IMG/VR virus record: IMGVR_UViG_3300035698_026847
Span: 6,511-70,510 of that record
Origin: a virus
Reading direction: 5' to 3' (one strand)
Length of the DNA: 64,000 nucleotides
The notes below the pieces were generated by a model, which saw nothing but the letters and a program-made list of their open reading frames with translations, made no database searches and had not been told where the DNA came from. The translations under genes and the position numbers were made by a program. This document shows positions 19,905 to 29,565 of the stretch, piece by piece (position 1 is the first letter of the stretch; each line of letters opens with the position of its first letter).

Positions 19905-21142
19905 TGGATACTCTTCACAACGCTTGAGATAAGGCAGACATTTTTATCTTCGTCAACGATTTGAACCGGATCATGTGAACTGATTATTTTGAATGTAATT
20001 AAATCACCAGAGCATCTATTAAGCATTTCTCCAAGATCGTCAATCGTCAATACAATTTGATCATTAAATTCTTCACCTTCAATGTGGTCGTTGTCTAACG
20101 GTTCGGTTTCGTTATGATACGACTTAATAATCGTCGAATCACCTACGGCATTAAGCGAGAAATCTATTTTTCTTTCGTCTGTACTGAAATCCATTCTAAT
20201 TCCGAACTCACCACCAGTAGCTAGATTTGATGATTTAATACAATTGACTAAATTGTCTCGTGGAACTTTGATGACGGTTTTGGTAAGATCGTCTTTAGAA
20301 GATGCAATCGATCTCCAGTTTGGCATCGTCTCTTTTGCTGTTTGAATGGCGTTTGGTATGGCATGCCATTGATGTGTCTGTTTTATTAGTGTGTATTTCT
20401 CTCCAATCTGAAGAATACAATCTTTGCCCTTCTTCAGACTTTTTAATGCAGGCATAAAACCGGCTCGAAGCGGGCATACGACTGCTTTTGGCTTTACATC
20501 TTTCCGATCATGACCCTTTTTATCATACCAGCAAATCTTCATCTTATTTGCAGCACATGAGGCTATGTCTTCTTTTGAGAAAATTTGAATCTGGACTCCC
20601 CAAAGATGTCTTCTCATCTCATGGGTATCCGCAATAAATTCAACCGACTCAACTGCCTCAATCAAACTTTCCGGATCTACTTCTACATCTTTTCTTTTTT
20701 CATTTGGAGGATTTTCATCAAAGAATCTAGGCTTTATTGATGTAAACCCCGTTTTCTTTTTTCTTCCTTTTTTGCCAAAGTCCGTACAGTGGACAACCAG
20801 ATTGACACCTTTATTTTTGTCTTCTGTTTGAAAATTAATAACAGATCCTTTTGGATATGTTGCCATTGAATCGATGAAATTTTGTCCATCGACGAAAAAC
20901 TTTCCAGGCTCATCTATCGAAAAGAGATCCGATACATCGTCAGAATCATCAGAAAAAGTAGATTTATTTATCAATGAACATACCCAAAATCCTACATTGG
21001 TTGCCATAAATAAGATTTTCTCATCGCTAACATCGATGAGAAGAGGAATTATTTCTTCCCCTTCTATTTTACTGAAAGCATTTGACTTTTTAATAATCGA
21101 CAATGTTTCGTGAAGACTGTTTCGTGATACTTTGAATTTCAT
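19889..21142 (-). CDS. dnaN: DNA polymerase III beta sliding clamp-like protein
   Basis: MKFKVSRNSL start, MATN, PGKFFVDG, LWGV, PNWRSI; three-domain length. Confidence 0.75.
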   Translation of the reverse strand: MKFKVSRNSLHETLSIIKKSNAFSKIEGEEIIPLLIDVSDEKILFMATNVGFWVCSLINKSTFSDDSDDVSDLFSIDEPGKFFVDGQNFIDSMATYPKGSVINFQTEDKNKGVNLVVHCTDFGKKGRKKKTGFTSIKPRFFDENPPNEKRKDVEVDPESLIEAVESVEFIADTHEMRRHLWGVQIQIFSKEDIASCAANKMKICWYDKKGHDRKDVKPKAVVCPLRAGFMPALKSLKKGKDCILQIGEKYTLIKQTHQWHAIPNAIQTAKETMPNWRSIASSKDDLTKTVIKVPRDNLVNCIKSSNLATGGEFGIRMDFSTDERKIDFSLNAVGDSTIIKSYHNETEPLDNDHIEGEEFNDQIVLTIDDLGEMLNRCSGDLITFKIISSHDPVQIVDEDKNVCLISSVVKSIQCQPQ

Positions 21143-21154
21143 TCTGTTCTCCAA

Positions 21155-21934
21155 TCAATCAAAATGTTTTATACTGTTTATTTTTTCTGGCTGTTTTGCT
21201 AGAATATCATACTGCGGCTTTCCAGACCATTTCCGATCATAATATGCTCTATTACCTTCTCCGCCCCTTACATGTCTGCTGGTGCTTCCAACGGCGTGAT
21301 AAATCATAGCTGTTGATGTCATTGATACTTTTTTACCAGATTCCAAAATCCTATTGATAAAATCCAAATCTTCATAATATCTAACATCAAATCCTTCGTC
21401 AAAAACTCCCAATTCGTCAAAACATATTCTTGGGCACATAAAGCAGCATCCAACGACATAGTTGTCTACCGTTACTCCATATCTTAATTGTTCATAATGA
21501 TGTGGACGACGAATTATTTTTTTGGGATTTTTTTCATAGCAAGTCGTTGGAGATGTCCAGTACACAAGTTTTAATCTTTGAAGATTTTTTCTCATTTCCC
21601 GTATGGTGTCAAGAAAAATAAACTCAATATCATTATTGGTTATGCATATGAAATTGTACTTAGAAATCTTTATCCCCTGATTCCATGATTTTGACACGCC
21701 AACATTTTGTTCATTCTTCAATATAGTAAATTTATCTGCTCCAATTATATTTTTATATATTCCCAATAAATCATCTGTCTCTTTATCTTTACCATTGTTT
21801 ATTACGATTATTTCAAACAATAAATTTGATAGATCGTGAGACCCAATGAAGCTTTTAAAAAAAGCATCCGTAAGATGAGATTTTTCTAATACTGGGATAA
21901 CAATACTGATTCCTTCGTCTATTTTTTCTGACAT
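21155..21934 (-). CDS. family 2 glycosyltransferase
   Basis: ISIVIP, NNG, NVGVSKSWNQG, NNDI, GCCF, FDEGF, EDLD. Confidence 0.9.
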   Translation of the reverse strand: MSEKIDEGISIVIPVLEKSHLTDAFFKSFIGSHDLSNLLFEIIVINNGKDKETDDLLGIYKNIIGADKFTILKNEQNVGVSKSWNQGIKISKYNFICITNNDIEFIFLDTIREMRKNLQRLKLVYWTSPTTCYEKNPKKIIRRPHHYEQLRYGVTVDNYVVGCCFMCPRICFDELGVFDEGFDVRYYEDLDFINRILESGKKVSMTSTAMIYHAVGSTSRHVRGGEGNRAYYDRKWSGKPQYDILAKQPEKINSIKHFD

Positions 21935-22657
21935 TTAAAACAACGCCTCCATCTGAACCTTCCCCTTAACATATATTTCTGTTTTGTTATGCTTGTTTGT
22001 TTTAATTATTTCAAGCATTTTTTTCTGATTATCAGACAAAAAGTCCCAGACAATTTCTCCTCTTCTCCATCTCCAGAAATACATAGAAAAGCTTTTTGAT
22101 TGACTGTTTTTCCCAGGAGAGTCATAGCAATCCGAGAAAAAGAACATATTATTCCCTTCGAGAATTTCTAATGATTGTCTTATGTTTTTCTTTTCGTGTT
22201 CGATTCCAAGCCAATACACAATATCATGAAGATCGGAAAGAGATGATGTTGCGAATTGATGACCAAACAAATCAATACCTATTATTGTTTTCTTTTTAAA
22301 TCCTGATTTTTTATACAAAGAAGTGTTGCCGTCAACATCGTAGAGGTAATGCTGATTCCCATCATTTGCAAGAACCTTTGAACCCTGGTAAACTGATTCT
22401 GAATTGAGAATCTGTTTCCCCATCTTCAATGACAATGATGCTGTTCTAATTGATCTTCCAAACCTAAATTCAGACTGTTTACTGATTTCAAGATGTTCCG
22501 TTGTTTGACAATTAAATGTTCGACAAATTGCCTTTTTATACGCTTCGTAGTTATATTCGTTTACGATTCCTTCTTCCCACTCAAAAATCAATTGAACGAT
22601 TTCATCTTTATTAGCAGTGTCATATATTGGAATCTTTCTCATGGCATTAGCCCTCAT
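21935..22657 (-). CDS. hypothetical protein
   Basis: 240-aa ORF; exact start uncertain. Confidence 0.6.
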   Translation of the reverse strand: MRANAMRKIPIYDTANKDEIVQLIFEWEEGIVNEYNYEAYKKAICRTFNCQTTEHLEISKQSEFRFGRSIRTASLSLKMGKQILNSESVYQGSKVLANDGNQHYLYDVDGNTSLYKKSGFKKKTIIGIDLFGHQFATSSLSDLHDIVYWLGIEHEKKNIRQSLEILEGNNMFFFSDCYDSPGKNSQSKSFSMYFWRWRRGEIVWDFLSDNQKKMLEIIKTNKHNKTEIYVKGKVQMEALF

Positions 22658-22680
22658 AAAATATATACGATATTTGAGGT

Positions 22681-23313
22681 CTATTTACCGTCAACAAGCC
22701 TTCCTATAATAATTCCTATCTCGTACCAATCTTCAGCAAAAAAAATATTCTTCTCTATTTTTTCCATTACTTTTTCTTTGGTAATTAATCTAAGACCATT
22801 TAAGTCGAATGATCTATTCCATTTTCTGATTGGAACGATTGTTTTTACATCAGCTGCACATAAAGAAATTGCAATCCGAGGATCGTCTTCGACGGCAACA
22901 TTGATCCCATATGTTTTTACGATTTTAGTTTTATCGGATTCAACAATCTGTCCATTAATATTTATATTTTTGTTCTGTAATGCTTCCGCCAAACGGAATT
23001 GAATCTCTTCAGTTGGTAAAGAGATAGTAGGATTATTATCAAATACTATAATAGTCTGTGTATCTGTTGGCGATTTTCCAAAAAACGAGGAAACTACCTC
23101 TTTTGACTGAGGGTATACTTCTGACATTTTGAAAAATTTATCTTGAATCTTATTGAAATAATTCTCTCCACCAATAGATCTAATTTTCTTCCAAGAATCG
23201 GGAGATTCCCATTTTGTTTTTTCATTTCCAGATTTATATGCAATATAATTAAATAAATCAACATCTCTTGTTAGGGTATTCCCCCAATCTATCATTATCC
23301 TTAATGAATCCAT
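22681..23313 (-). CDS. HAD-superfamily 5'(3')-nucleotidase-like protein
   Basis: Degenerate motif I IMIDWGNTL; K...VAVEDD; WN motif. Confidence 0.6.
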   Translation of the reverse strand: MDSLRIMIDWGNTLTRDVDLFNYIAYKSGNEKTKWESPDSWKKIRSIGGENYFNKIQDKFFKMSEVYPQSKEVVSSFFGKSPTDTQTIIVFDNNPTISLPTEEIQFRLAEALQNKNININGQIVESDKTKIVKTYGINVAVEDDPRIAISLCAADVKTIVPIRKWNRSFDLNGLRLITKEKVMEKIEKNIFFAEDWYEIGIIIGRLVDGK

Positions 23314-23323
23314 TTTGTTTTTC

Positions 23324-23692
23324 CTAAAATATCTTAGAAGGATCTATCATCTCAACTTCGCCCGGACGAACAATATTATCAATTCTTATAGCTTGTGGTC
23401 GTTCATTGTCATGCATCTTTTTAGTCAATCCATCTTCGGTAGTCCCTTCTGTAGTTTCTAATATAATTACTTTTGCTAATTGTCTGGACTGCACCCCTAC
23501 AGCATACAGCTCTTCGTCTATAGAGGTGTTGCTTATCGGATCAGGTACTCGAAGCTGATTTATTACCTCTGCATTTTCATCAGTTTCTTGTGTTGTTTCG
23601 ATTATTTGTTTTGTTGTTGTTTTTCTCGTTAACATAAAAGTTTCGTCAGTAGAATCACTTTTTACAATTAGTATTTTTGTGGCTCTTGGCAT
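23324..23692 (-). CDS. hypothetical protein
   Basis: 122-aa ORF with AGGAG RBS. Confidence 0.6.
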   Translation of the reverse strand: MPRATKILIVKSDSTDETFMLTRKTTTKQIIETTQETDENAEVINQLRVPDPISNTSIDEELYAVGVQSRQLAKVIILETTEGTTEDGLTKKMHDNERPQAIRIDNIVRPGEVEMIDPSKIF

Positions 23693-23701
23693 TTTTAATA
23701 T

Positions 23702-24484
23702 CTATCTCCTTTGAATTGTTTTACTTATTTTTATATCATCAACTTTTTTTTCAAAAACTTTAGGATTAATATTTAACCTTTCTAGAGTTTTTTTTATTTT
23801 TGGACGACTTCTTACTATCGCATTATCTATACTTTTTGAATCTAATATTGTTTTTCCATCTTTATTCTTTTTGTAGAACGAAAGAATACTTGCAACTTCT
23901 TTATAGGAATATCCTTCGATAAATCTTAAAACAAAAACCTTTTGTTCCATATCTGATAAATTTTTTGAAACTTCTTCAATCAAATACTCTTCGTAGTCTC
24001 TTGATATTACTTCCATCGAATTTCCAAGTGAAGAATTACCCATGGATTTTTCCGACGCCACTGTTTCTATATACGATACGGAATCTCCTTCATCGTTTTG
24101 GATACTATCATCTAAACTAAAAGAAGTATTGAGAATTACACGTTTTTTAGCCATCTCTCTATTGATAGTAGTTATTATGTGTTTTCTAATAGATGACTGT
24201 GCAAAGGCCATAAAACTCCCTTTATTCGAATCATACTTATCAATAACATTAATAAGTTTAAGTGCTCCCTCTTGAAAAACATCTTGCGGCTCACCACCCT
24301 GGATAAAAAATTCTTTAGTTAAATGAGCTAAATATCCATACATATGACAAAGTATAGATTTAAAAGCTGCTTCGTCTTTGTTTTTCGCAAGTTTTATTTT
24401 TTCTTCCAATTCCTTCTTTGTAAGTTTTATATGTTTAATTCCTGGAAAGAAACCGAAATTTAACTCTTCTTTACGATTCATCAA
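23702..24484 (-). CDS. sigma-H (Spo0H)-like RNA polymerase sigma factor
   Basis: FFIQGGEPQDVFQEG, SFMAFAQSSIRKHIIT, LNTSFSLD, LSDMEQKV...EGYSYKEVA, KSIDNAIVR are SigH-type motifs. Confidence 0.85.
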   Translation of the reverse strand: MMNRKEELNFGFFPGIKHIKLTKKELEEKIKLAKNKDEAAFKSILCHMYGYLAHLTKEFFIQGGEPQDVFQEGALKLINVIDKYDSNKGSFMAFAQSSIRKHIITTINREMAKKRVILNTSFSLDDSIQNDEGDSVSYIETVASEKSMGNSSLGNSMEVISRDYEEYLIEEVSKNLSDMEQKVFVLRFIEGYSYKEVASILSFYKKNKDGKTILDSKSIDNAIVRSRPKIKKTLERLNINPKVFEKKVDDIKISKTIQRR

Positions 24485-24556
24485 TACGCCTCCATGTGAT
24501 AATTACTACTCACAAAAAGGTATATTGTGTATTTTGTTAATTATGTCAACTTTCTA

Positions 24557-25663
24557 TTACATTTTACCATTTTCTATCTCTCTAATCATTTCTACAATAC
24601 ATGTGTCCAATAGAATATCTGTTCTATTTACATTTCTTATTTCATTCACATATGATGAAAATTTCTTTACCATATATATAACTAGATCTACACTGACTTT
24701 CGACTTAACCTCAGACCATTGTTTTCTTGATGGTTCTTCGACATGAAGAACGTCTTTCCCTACACTTTTACAAATCATCATTGTGTGTGCATTTTCAAGG
24801 AGATCTTCCAAAATTGCTTCTGGAAGTTTTCCTTTATTCACTATCTTCTTTACGAGATGCAATGATCCAAGGTAATCCTTGTTTTGCATAGAAACAAGAA
24901 GATCGCAAAAGAATCCTTGACCAAGGCTACGGCCAATGCATTCGTCTACCAATTTTACATCTATTGAGATTCCATCGCTTTGGCTGATAATCGGTTCAAG
25001 AATTGTTAAGGCATCTCTAACGCTTCCCTTTGCCGCCTTAGCAATACTCATTATTGCTTCGTTTTGAAATTTGGTTATCCCTTCTTTTTGGGCTATGATG
25101 TTTATAAATTTAGCTATCGTCTTTGTCTGGATTGCCTGTAAATTGAATTTTTGACATCTTGATCTAATCGTCGGTAGAATACGATGTCCTTCCGTTGTTG
25201 CTAGAATGAACATTGCTGATTCTGGAGGTTCCTCTAAGATTTTCAGCAAGGCCGAAGCTGCCGGACCCTTAAGGCAATGAACCTCATCTATAATAAACAC
25301 TCTCTTCCTGCACATTATTGGATAATTCATTGCGGTTTTACGAATATCACGAATATTATCAATTGAAGTATTCGTTGCTGCGTCTAATTCGATAATATCT
25401 CCTGCGGCGTTACTGTTCTCAATCGCAGAACATATTGGGCTTTTGATATCATATTCTAGACTTGGACCGTCTTCGCAGTTTACAATCATAGAAATTATTC
25501 TTGCGATTGTAGTTTTACCAACGCCTCTTGGGCCATGCAGAAGATAGGCATGAGACAGCATGTCTTTCGCAACAGCCTTCTCAAAATATTTCTTTACATG
25601 TTCTTGTCCGATAATATTCTTTAGTTTTTTCGGTCTGTATTTCGTATAAAGTGATGTGTTCAT
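24557..25663 (-). CDS. dnaX: DNA polymerase III gamma/tau clamp-loader ATPase (short, gamma-like)
   Basis: KYRP, HAYLLHGPRGVGKTT, ELDAA, IIDEVH, LLKILEEPP, TIRSRC, GSVRDA. Confidence 0.95.
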   Translation of the reverse strand: MNTSLYTKYRPKKLKNIIGQEHVKKYFEKAVAKDMLSHAYLLHGPRGVGKTTIARIISMIVNCEDGPSLEYDIKSPICSAIENSNAAGDIIELDAATNTSIDNIRDIRKTAMNYPIMCRKRVFIIDEVHCLKGPAASALLKILEEPPESAMFILATTEGHRILPTIRSRCQKFNLQAIQTKTIAKFINIIAQKEGITKFQNEAIMSIAKAAKGSVRDALTILEPIISQSDGISIDVKLVDECIGRSLGQGFFCDLLVSMQNKDYLGSLHLVKKIVNKGKLPEAILEDLLENAHTMMICKSVGKDVLHVEEPSRKQWSEVKSKVSVDLVIYMVKKFSSYVNEIRNVNRTDILLDTCIVEMIREIENGKM

Positions 25664-25671
25664 TTTTTTCT

Positions 25672-26268
25672 TTACTCCGTAACTCTATCATGATAAAAAA
25701 TCATAGAATCAAATTCATCGTGCCCTTTACTTTCAGGACAATACCATCTTATATAATCTTTTCTTTTTCCATCGTAATCTATAGTTCTCCAATCAATCAA
25801 ATCATAAACTACTTCATTGAAGAATGGAAAATACATAATATTGTCGTCATCTTTAGATTTTACATCCGCATGAATAATGTTCAGGAAAATTTTATCTGCT
25901 ATTCTAAACTTGATAAAATGTTCATATACAGATCTCCCTCCTGCAATCATTATTTCGTTACCGGGTAAAGTCTCTGCAAACCATAATGCCTTATCTATAG
26001 TGTTGAATGTATGATACGGTTTAGAATCGTCATGAAGGCACAGCGAAGTATATCCATCATAATCGGCGTCTAAGACTATTATGTTTCTGCCATCCAACGG
26101 AAACCCAATTGTATCATATGTTGTCTTGCCCATTATTACTGGTTTCCCTAAAGTTTTTTCACGAAAATAGCGAAAATCCCCAGAGCAATGCCAGGGGATT
26201 TCGCCATTCTTCGCAATAATTCCTGTACGATCAGTAGCAACGATTAAGGAAATTGTCTTCTTACCCAT
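25672..26268 (-). CDS. folA: dihydrofolate reductase
   Basis: SLIVA, IPWH..GD..YF, VIMGKTTY, PLDGRNIIV, IAGG. Confidence 0.9.
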   Translation of the reverse strand: MGKKTISLIVATDRTGIIAKNGEIPWHCSGDFRYFREKTLGKPVIMGKTTYDTIGFPLDGRNIIVLDADYDGYTSLCLHDDSKPYHTFNTIDKALWFAETLPGNEIMIAGGRSVYEHFIKFRIADKIFLNIIHADVKSKDDDNIMYFPFFNEVVYDLIDWRTIDYDGKRKDYIRWYCPESKGHDEFDSMIFYHDRVTE

Positions 26269-26458
26269 TATATTCAGTTGACCATTTTGCATCTAGTCTA
26301 CCAAGTCTTCCAAGCTTATTGTACGCCGCTTTCTTGCTTGTCTTTAGCTTGACTGCGACCCTAGAATATTTGTCTTTCTTGTGTCTGAATCTATCATGCC
26401 ACATAATCAATCTACTTATTCTTTGATCCGTCCAATAGGTTTTGCTTTTCTTTTCCAT
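26261..26458 (-). CDS. small HTH-like protein
   Basis: WTDQRI...VAVKLKTSKKAAYNKL resembles Myb/GcrA-type HTH; GGGAG RBS. Confidence 0.55.
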   Translation of the reverse strand: MEKKSKTYWTDQRISRLIMWHDRFRHKKDKYSRVAVKLKTSKKAAYNKLGRLGRLDAKWSTEYNG

Positions 26459-26500
26459 GTTGTTTCTCCCTTTCGACTATTATACGACATCGTTGTCGAT

Positions 26501-27241
26501 TTAACTCATCTTTTCTTTTGTATAGAAATATTCTCTTAGGCAATTTCCACATCTATGACATACTGATGTTCCTTTTTCTCCTTCAATTTTCCCACATGAA
26601 TATACCCATTTATTGTACTTGTATCTTTCCATGACAGATTCCCAGGCTGCGGTAGTGATGGCGTTATACGAATTTAAAGTACGTTTTCTATAGATGTATG
26701 AGTCCTTATGCTCTTCTGGAACATCGCCTGTAAAATATGCCATGAAAGTCAGAATGATTGGAATTTCTTTTTCTGAGTAATAGTTTACAACCCTTTCTAC
26801 TAGATCAAGATTCCACAGATTCGTTCTGACTCTAACCATCATTAAATTTCTAGGAATTGGATCAATTAGATGAGCATTAAAATCGGTCATTTTACCAGGA
26901 TTCACCGTCAATGCAACGGGATCTATAAATTCTTCGAGATCAGCTGGGATACATGTATTGAAGAACTTCATAGGATAATGTGTAGCAGAATCAATAACTG
27001 AATCTTTTTGATTGTTACTGTCATTTCCATCGTTCATTCTTACGACTCTTGTTTTACAATCTTCAATATCAGGCATATTAGGTAGATTTTCATCAAGAGG
27101 TTCAAGATACGATCTACCAGACTGAAAGAAACAATCCTCACAGTTCATTGGGCAAACTCCGGTCTGCGGAATAGCACATAGAATACCACTTCCTTTTGTT
27201 TTTGGATTTACTTTATATTCTCTGCGAATATAGGTTTTCAT
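26501..27241 (-). CDS. radical SAM-like protein
   Basis: CxxxCxxC motif CPMNCEDC; additional C-terminal Cys cluster C..CHRCGNC. Confidence 0.6.
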   Translation of the reverse strand: MKTYIRREYKVNPKTKGSGILCAIPQTGVCPMNCEDCFFQSGRSYLEPLDENLPNMPDIEDCKTRVVRMNDGNDSNNQKDSVIDSATHYPMKFFNTCIPADLEEFIDPVALTVNPGKMTDFNAHLIDPIPRNLMMVRVRTNLWNLDLVERVVNYYSEKEIPIILTFMAYFTGDVPEEHKDSYIYRKRTLNSYNAITTAAWESVMERYKYNKWVYSCGKIEGEKGTSVCHRCGNCLREYFYTKEKMS

Positions 27242-27268
27242 TTTTTATCTCCTGTTTTTTATTATTAA

Positions 27269-28150
27269 TTAAACTGCCATCTCCATTTTTATTGATGGAT
27301 GATGTTTATAGTCAATTAATTCAATATCTTCGTATTTAAATTCAAATATATCTTTTATATCAGGATTTAACTTTATTCTGGGGAATGTGTACGGTTTTCT
27401 TTTTATTTGTTCTTTTATTGCGTCAAAATGATTTTCGTATATATGAGCATCGTTGGCTACATAATTAAATATTCCTGGTTTTAAACCGCAAACATGTGAG
27501 AACATGTGCGTAAGCAATGCATAGGATGCGATGTTAAAAGGGGCACCCAGTCCAAAATCGTTTGATCTAATATACATTGTACAGTGTAACCTATCCTCAT
27601 CCACGGAAAATTGAAACATTAAATGGCACGGCGGCAACGCCATTTTCGGTATATCAGCAGGATTCCATGCCGAAACAATAATCCTTCTGCTTTCTGGATT
27701 ATTTTTTATTTGATCAATTGCCCATGAAATTTGGTCGATAGGTTCATTCTCATAATGTTCTTCTTCCAATATATAACCAACGGAACGCCCTTCTTTTTTT
27801 ATATAATTTGGAAATTTACGCCATTGATTTCCATAAACTGGGCCTAACTCTCCATCTTCACATCCTGTTTTTTCTTGATAATCTTTTGCGTTAGCGTCCC
27901 AAATATGAACATTGTTATCTTGTAGATATTTAATATTCGTATCTCCAGACAAAAACCACAAGAGCTCATGAACAACGCCTTTCCAGTATACTTTTTTTGT
28001 AGTTAATAGAGGGAATTCTTCAGACAAATCAAACTTCATAACCTCACAGAGAAGTCTTCTTGTAGCGATCCCAGTCCTATTTTCGTGCCTTTTACCTTCT
28101 CGAAGAATTTTTCTAAGAACTCCAAGATATTCATTTTCTTGATGATACAT
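27269..28150 (-). CDS. thyA: thymidylate synthase
   Basis: RTG, PLLTTKK, ELLWF, LGPVYG.QWR, SRR, ALPPCH, RSND, PFNIASY, HIYENH. Confidence 0.97.
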   Translation of the reverse strand: MYHQENEYLGVLRKILREGKRHENRTGIATRRLLCEVMKFDLSEEFPLLTTKKVYWKGVVHELLWFLSGDTNIKYLQDNNVHIWDANAKDYQEKTGCEDGELGPVYGNQWRKFPNYIKKEGRSVGYILEEEHYENEPIDQISWAIDQIKNNPESRRIIVSAWNPADIPKMALPPCHLMFQFSVDEDRLHCTMYIRSNDFGLGAPFNIASYALLTHMFSHVCGLKPGIFNYVANDAHIYENHFDAIKEQIKRKPYTFPRIKLNPDIKDIFEFKYEDIELIDYKHHPSIKMEMAV

Positions 28151-28234
28151 TTTATAGATCCTTTCCTTTTTAAATTAGTCCTTGACTTTTTTTATATCCT
28201 TTCCTTTTTAAATTAGTCCTTGACTTTTTTTATA

Positions 28235-28405
28235 TCAAAGTTTATCGTAATATCTATTCCACATCTCTACATATTCTTTTCTAATGAATGGTTTAATTAC
28301 CACTCGCCTAAACCCATTAGCCCCAAGAGTTGTTTCGTAGATGATCTCATTGGCATTTTGCTTAGTTTGTGCGAATGTTGAAATTTGACACCAGGTCTCA
28401 GTCAT
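28235..28405 (-). CDS. small hypothetical protein, 56 aa (MTETWCQIST...)
   Basis: Translated by hand; not in the ORF track; weak RBS. Confidence 0.4.
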   Translation of the reverse strand: MTETWCQISTFAQTKQNANEIIYETTLGANGFRRVVIKPFIRKEYVEMWNRYYDKL

Positions 28406-28420
28406 TTCTTGGTTCGGTTT

Positions 28421-28879
28421 TTATCTATTTAATTTAAGTTGATTACTGAAAAATCCTTTTGGCTTCATATGTTTGTTAATGAATTTCTCCAACCTTGGAT
28501 CGAATTCAACATCGCAAACATCAACTACAACTCTCCCGTTGGGAGAATTAAGACATCCATTATATTCCCACCCATTTATTGTGGTGTTGGCTCTTGTTTC
28601 TGTTTTCTTAGGACGGCCTGACCATTCGCCCCAATTGTAGCGAGAATAGTATAATTCCTCTTGAGAATCAACTCCAAATGAATTAACTTTTATTATGCGA
28701 CACGGAATAATTTGTCCTAAAAATTCACCAGGTTTACCGTTGATATCCCATGCTTCTAGTCGAATAATTTCGACCCAATAGACTGTATCTCCAACTTGAG
28801 GTTTCATATCATAAGACAGAGATGTTAGCGGCAATGCCCCCGCTATTGATCCGCATGCAATAAATCTTCTTCGGTTCAT
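28421..28879 (-). CDS. hypothetical protein with a twin-arginine (Tat)-like signal peptide
   Basis: MNRRRFIACGSIAGALPL; GAGGTGG RBS. Confidence 0.6.
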   Translation of the reverse strand: MNRRRFIACGSIAGALPLTSLSYDMKPQVGDTVYWVEIIRLEAWDINGKPGEFLGQIIPCRIIKVNSFGVDSQEELYYSRYNWGEWSGRPKKTETRANTTINGWEYNGCLNSPNGRVVVDVCDVEFDPRLEKFINKHMKPKGFFSNQLKLNR

Positions 28880-28921
28880 TAAAACCACCTCTCACTAATT
28901 GTTTTATCGATCCTTTCCCTT

Positions 28922-29530
28922 TTAAATTAGTCCTTCTGATCCGTTGGCAATTAATTTAACCTTTTCCTCAAGGCGTTCAATTGTTCCGTTGTTGTTAACT
29001 GTTCCATTAAAACCTTCATAATTCTGAAGTGCGTTTTCAACAACATGTTGATCTTTTTCTTCTTGATCGTTTATTGGCATTTTTATAAGATAAACCTTAC
29101 CTCCGATTCTTTTAATCTCATCGGCTTCGTATGGGCTTCTAACTCCTCCCAGAACAACATTTTCACCTTCCATAAACTCATCTATTCCATCGGCAGCAAT
29201 TTCTGATCTAACGCCTACTAAGTTGTAATAATATAGGAAAGATGTTGATATAGACTCCGTTACGATCCCCCATTTTTTTCGTCTCGTCAAACCAAGGGTG
29301 TGATACAGCCAAATTGTAGGATCGATTTTTTTCGACATCAAACCTAGTTCTTGCAAAATCAATCTTTGATTTGGATCGTTTTTATTTCCGTTATACCCGA
29401 AAAAACGTTCTGCCAAAACAATGATTGGATCGGACATTTCGGAATGTAAAAAATTATGATCCCGCCTCAATATGTTTGCGATTGTTGTTTTGCCAACTTG
29501 AGGTCGAATACTCGAAAGGCCAATGAGCAT
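28922..29530 (-). CDS. phage deoxynucleoside monophosphate kinase-like protein
   Basis: MLIGL...VGKTT P-loop, RLILQELG, GVRSPYEAD, NNNGTIERL. Confidence 0.8.
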   Translation of the reverse strand: MLIGLSSIRPQVGKTTIANILRRDHNFLHSEMSDPIIVLAERFFGYNGNKNDPNQRLILQELGLMSKKIDPTIWLYHTLGLTRRKKWGIVTESISTSFLYYYNLVGVRSEIAADGIDEFMEGENVVLGGVRSPYEADEIKRIGGKVYLIKMPINDQEEKDQHVVENALQNYEGFNGTVNNNGTIERLEEKVKLIANGSEGLI

Positions 29531-29565
29531 TGTGGTCTCCTTGTTACTTTATTTTGATTTTTGTA

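Larger units (their letters stand above)
28150..28935. repeat. 38-bp tandem duplication (28158-28233) with a third related copy (28902-28935) flanking two small genes
   Basis: ATCCTTTCCTTTTTAAATTAGTCCTTGACTTTTTTTAT occurs twice; 28150-28183 matches 28902-28935 at 32/34 positions. Confidence 0.9.

Noticed and set aside
27269-28150. thyA as a dCMP/dUMP hydroxymethylase
   Set aside because: It keeps the canonical Asn specificity residue and lies near folA, consistent with an ordinary thymidylate synthase
28158-28233. 38-bp repeats as a mini CRISPR array
   Set aside because: The copies are directly adjacent with no spacer and derive from a gene end/RBS junction
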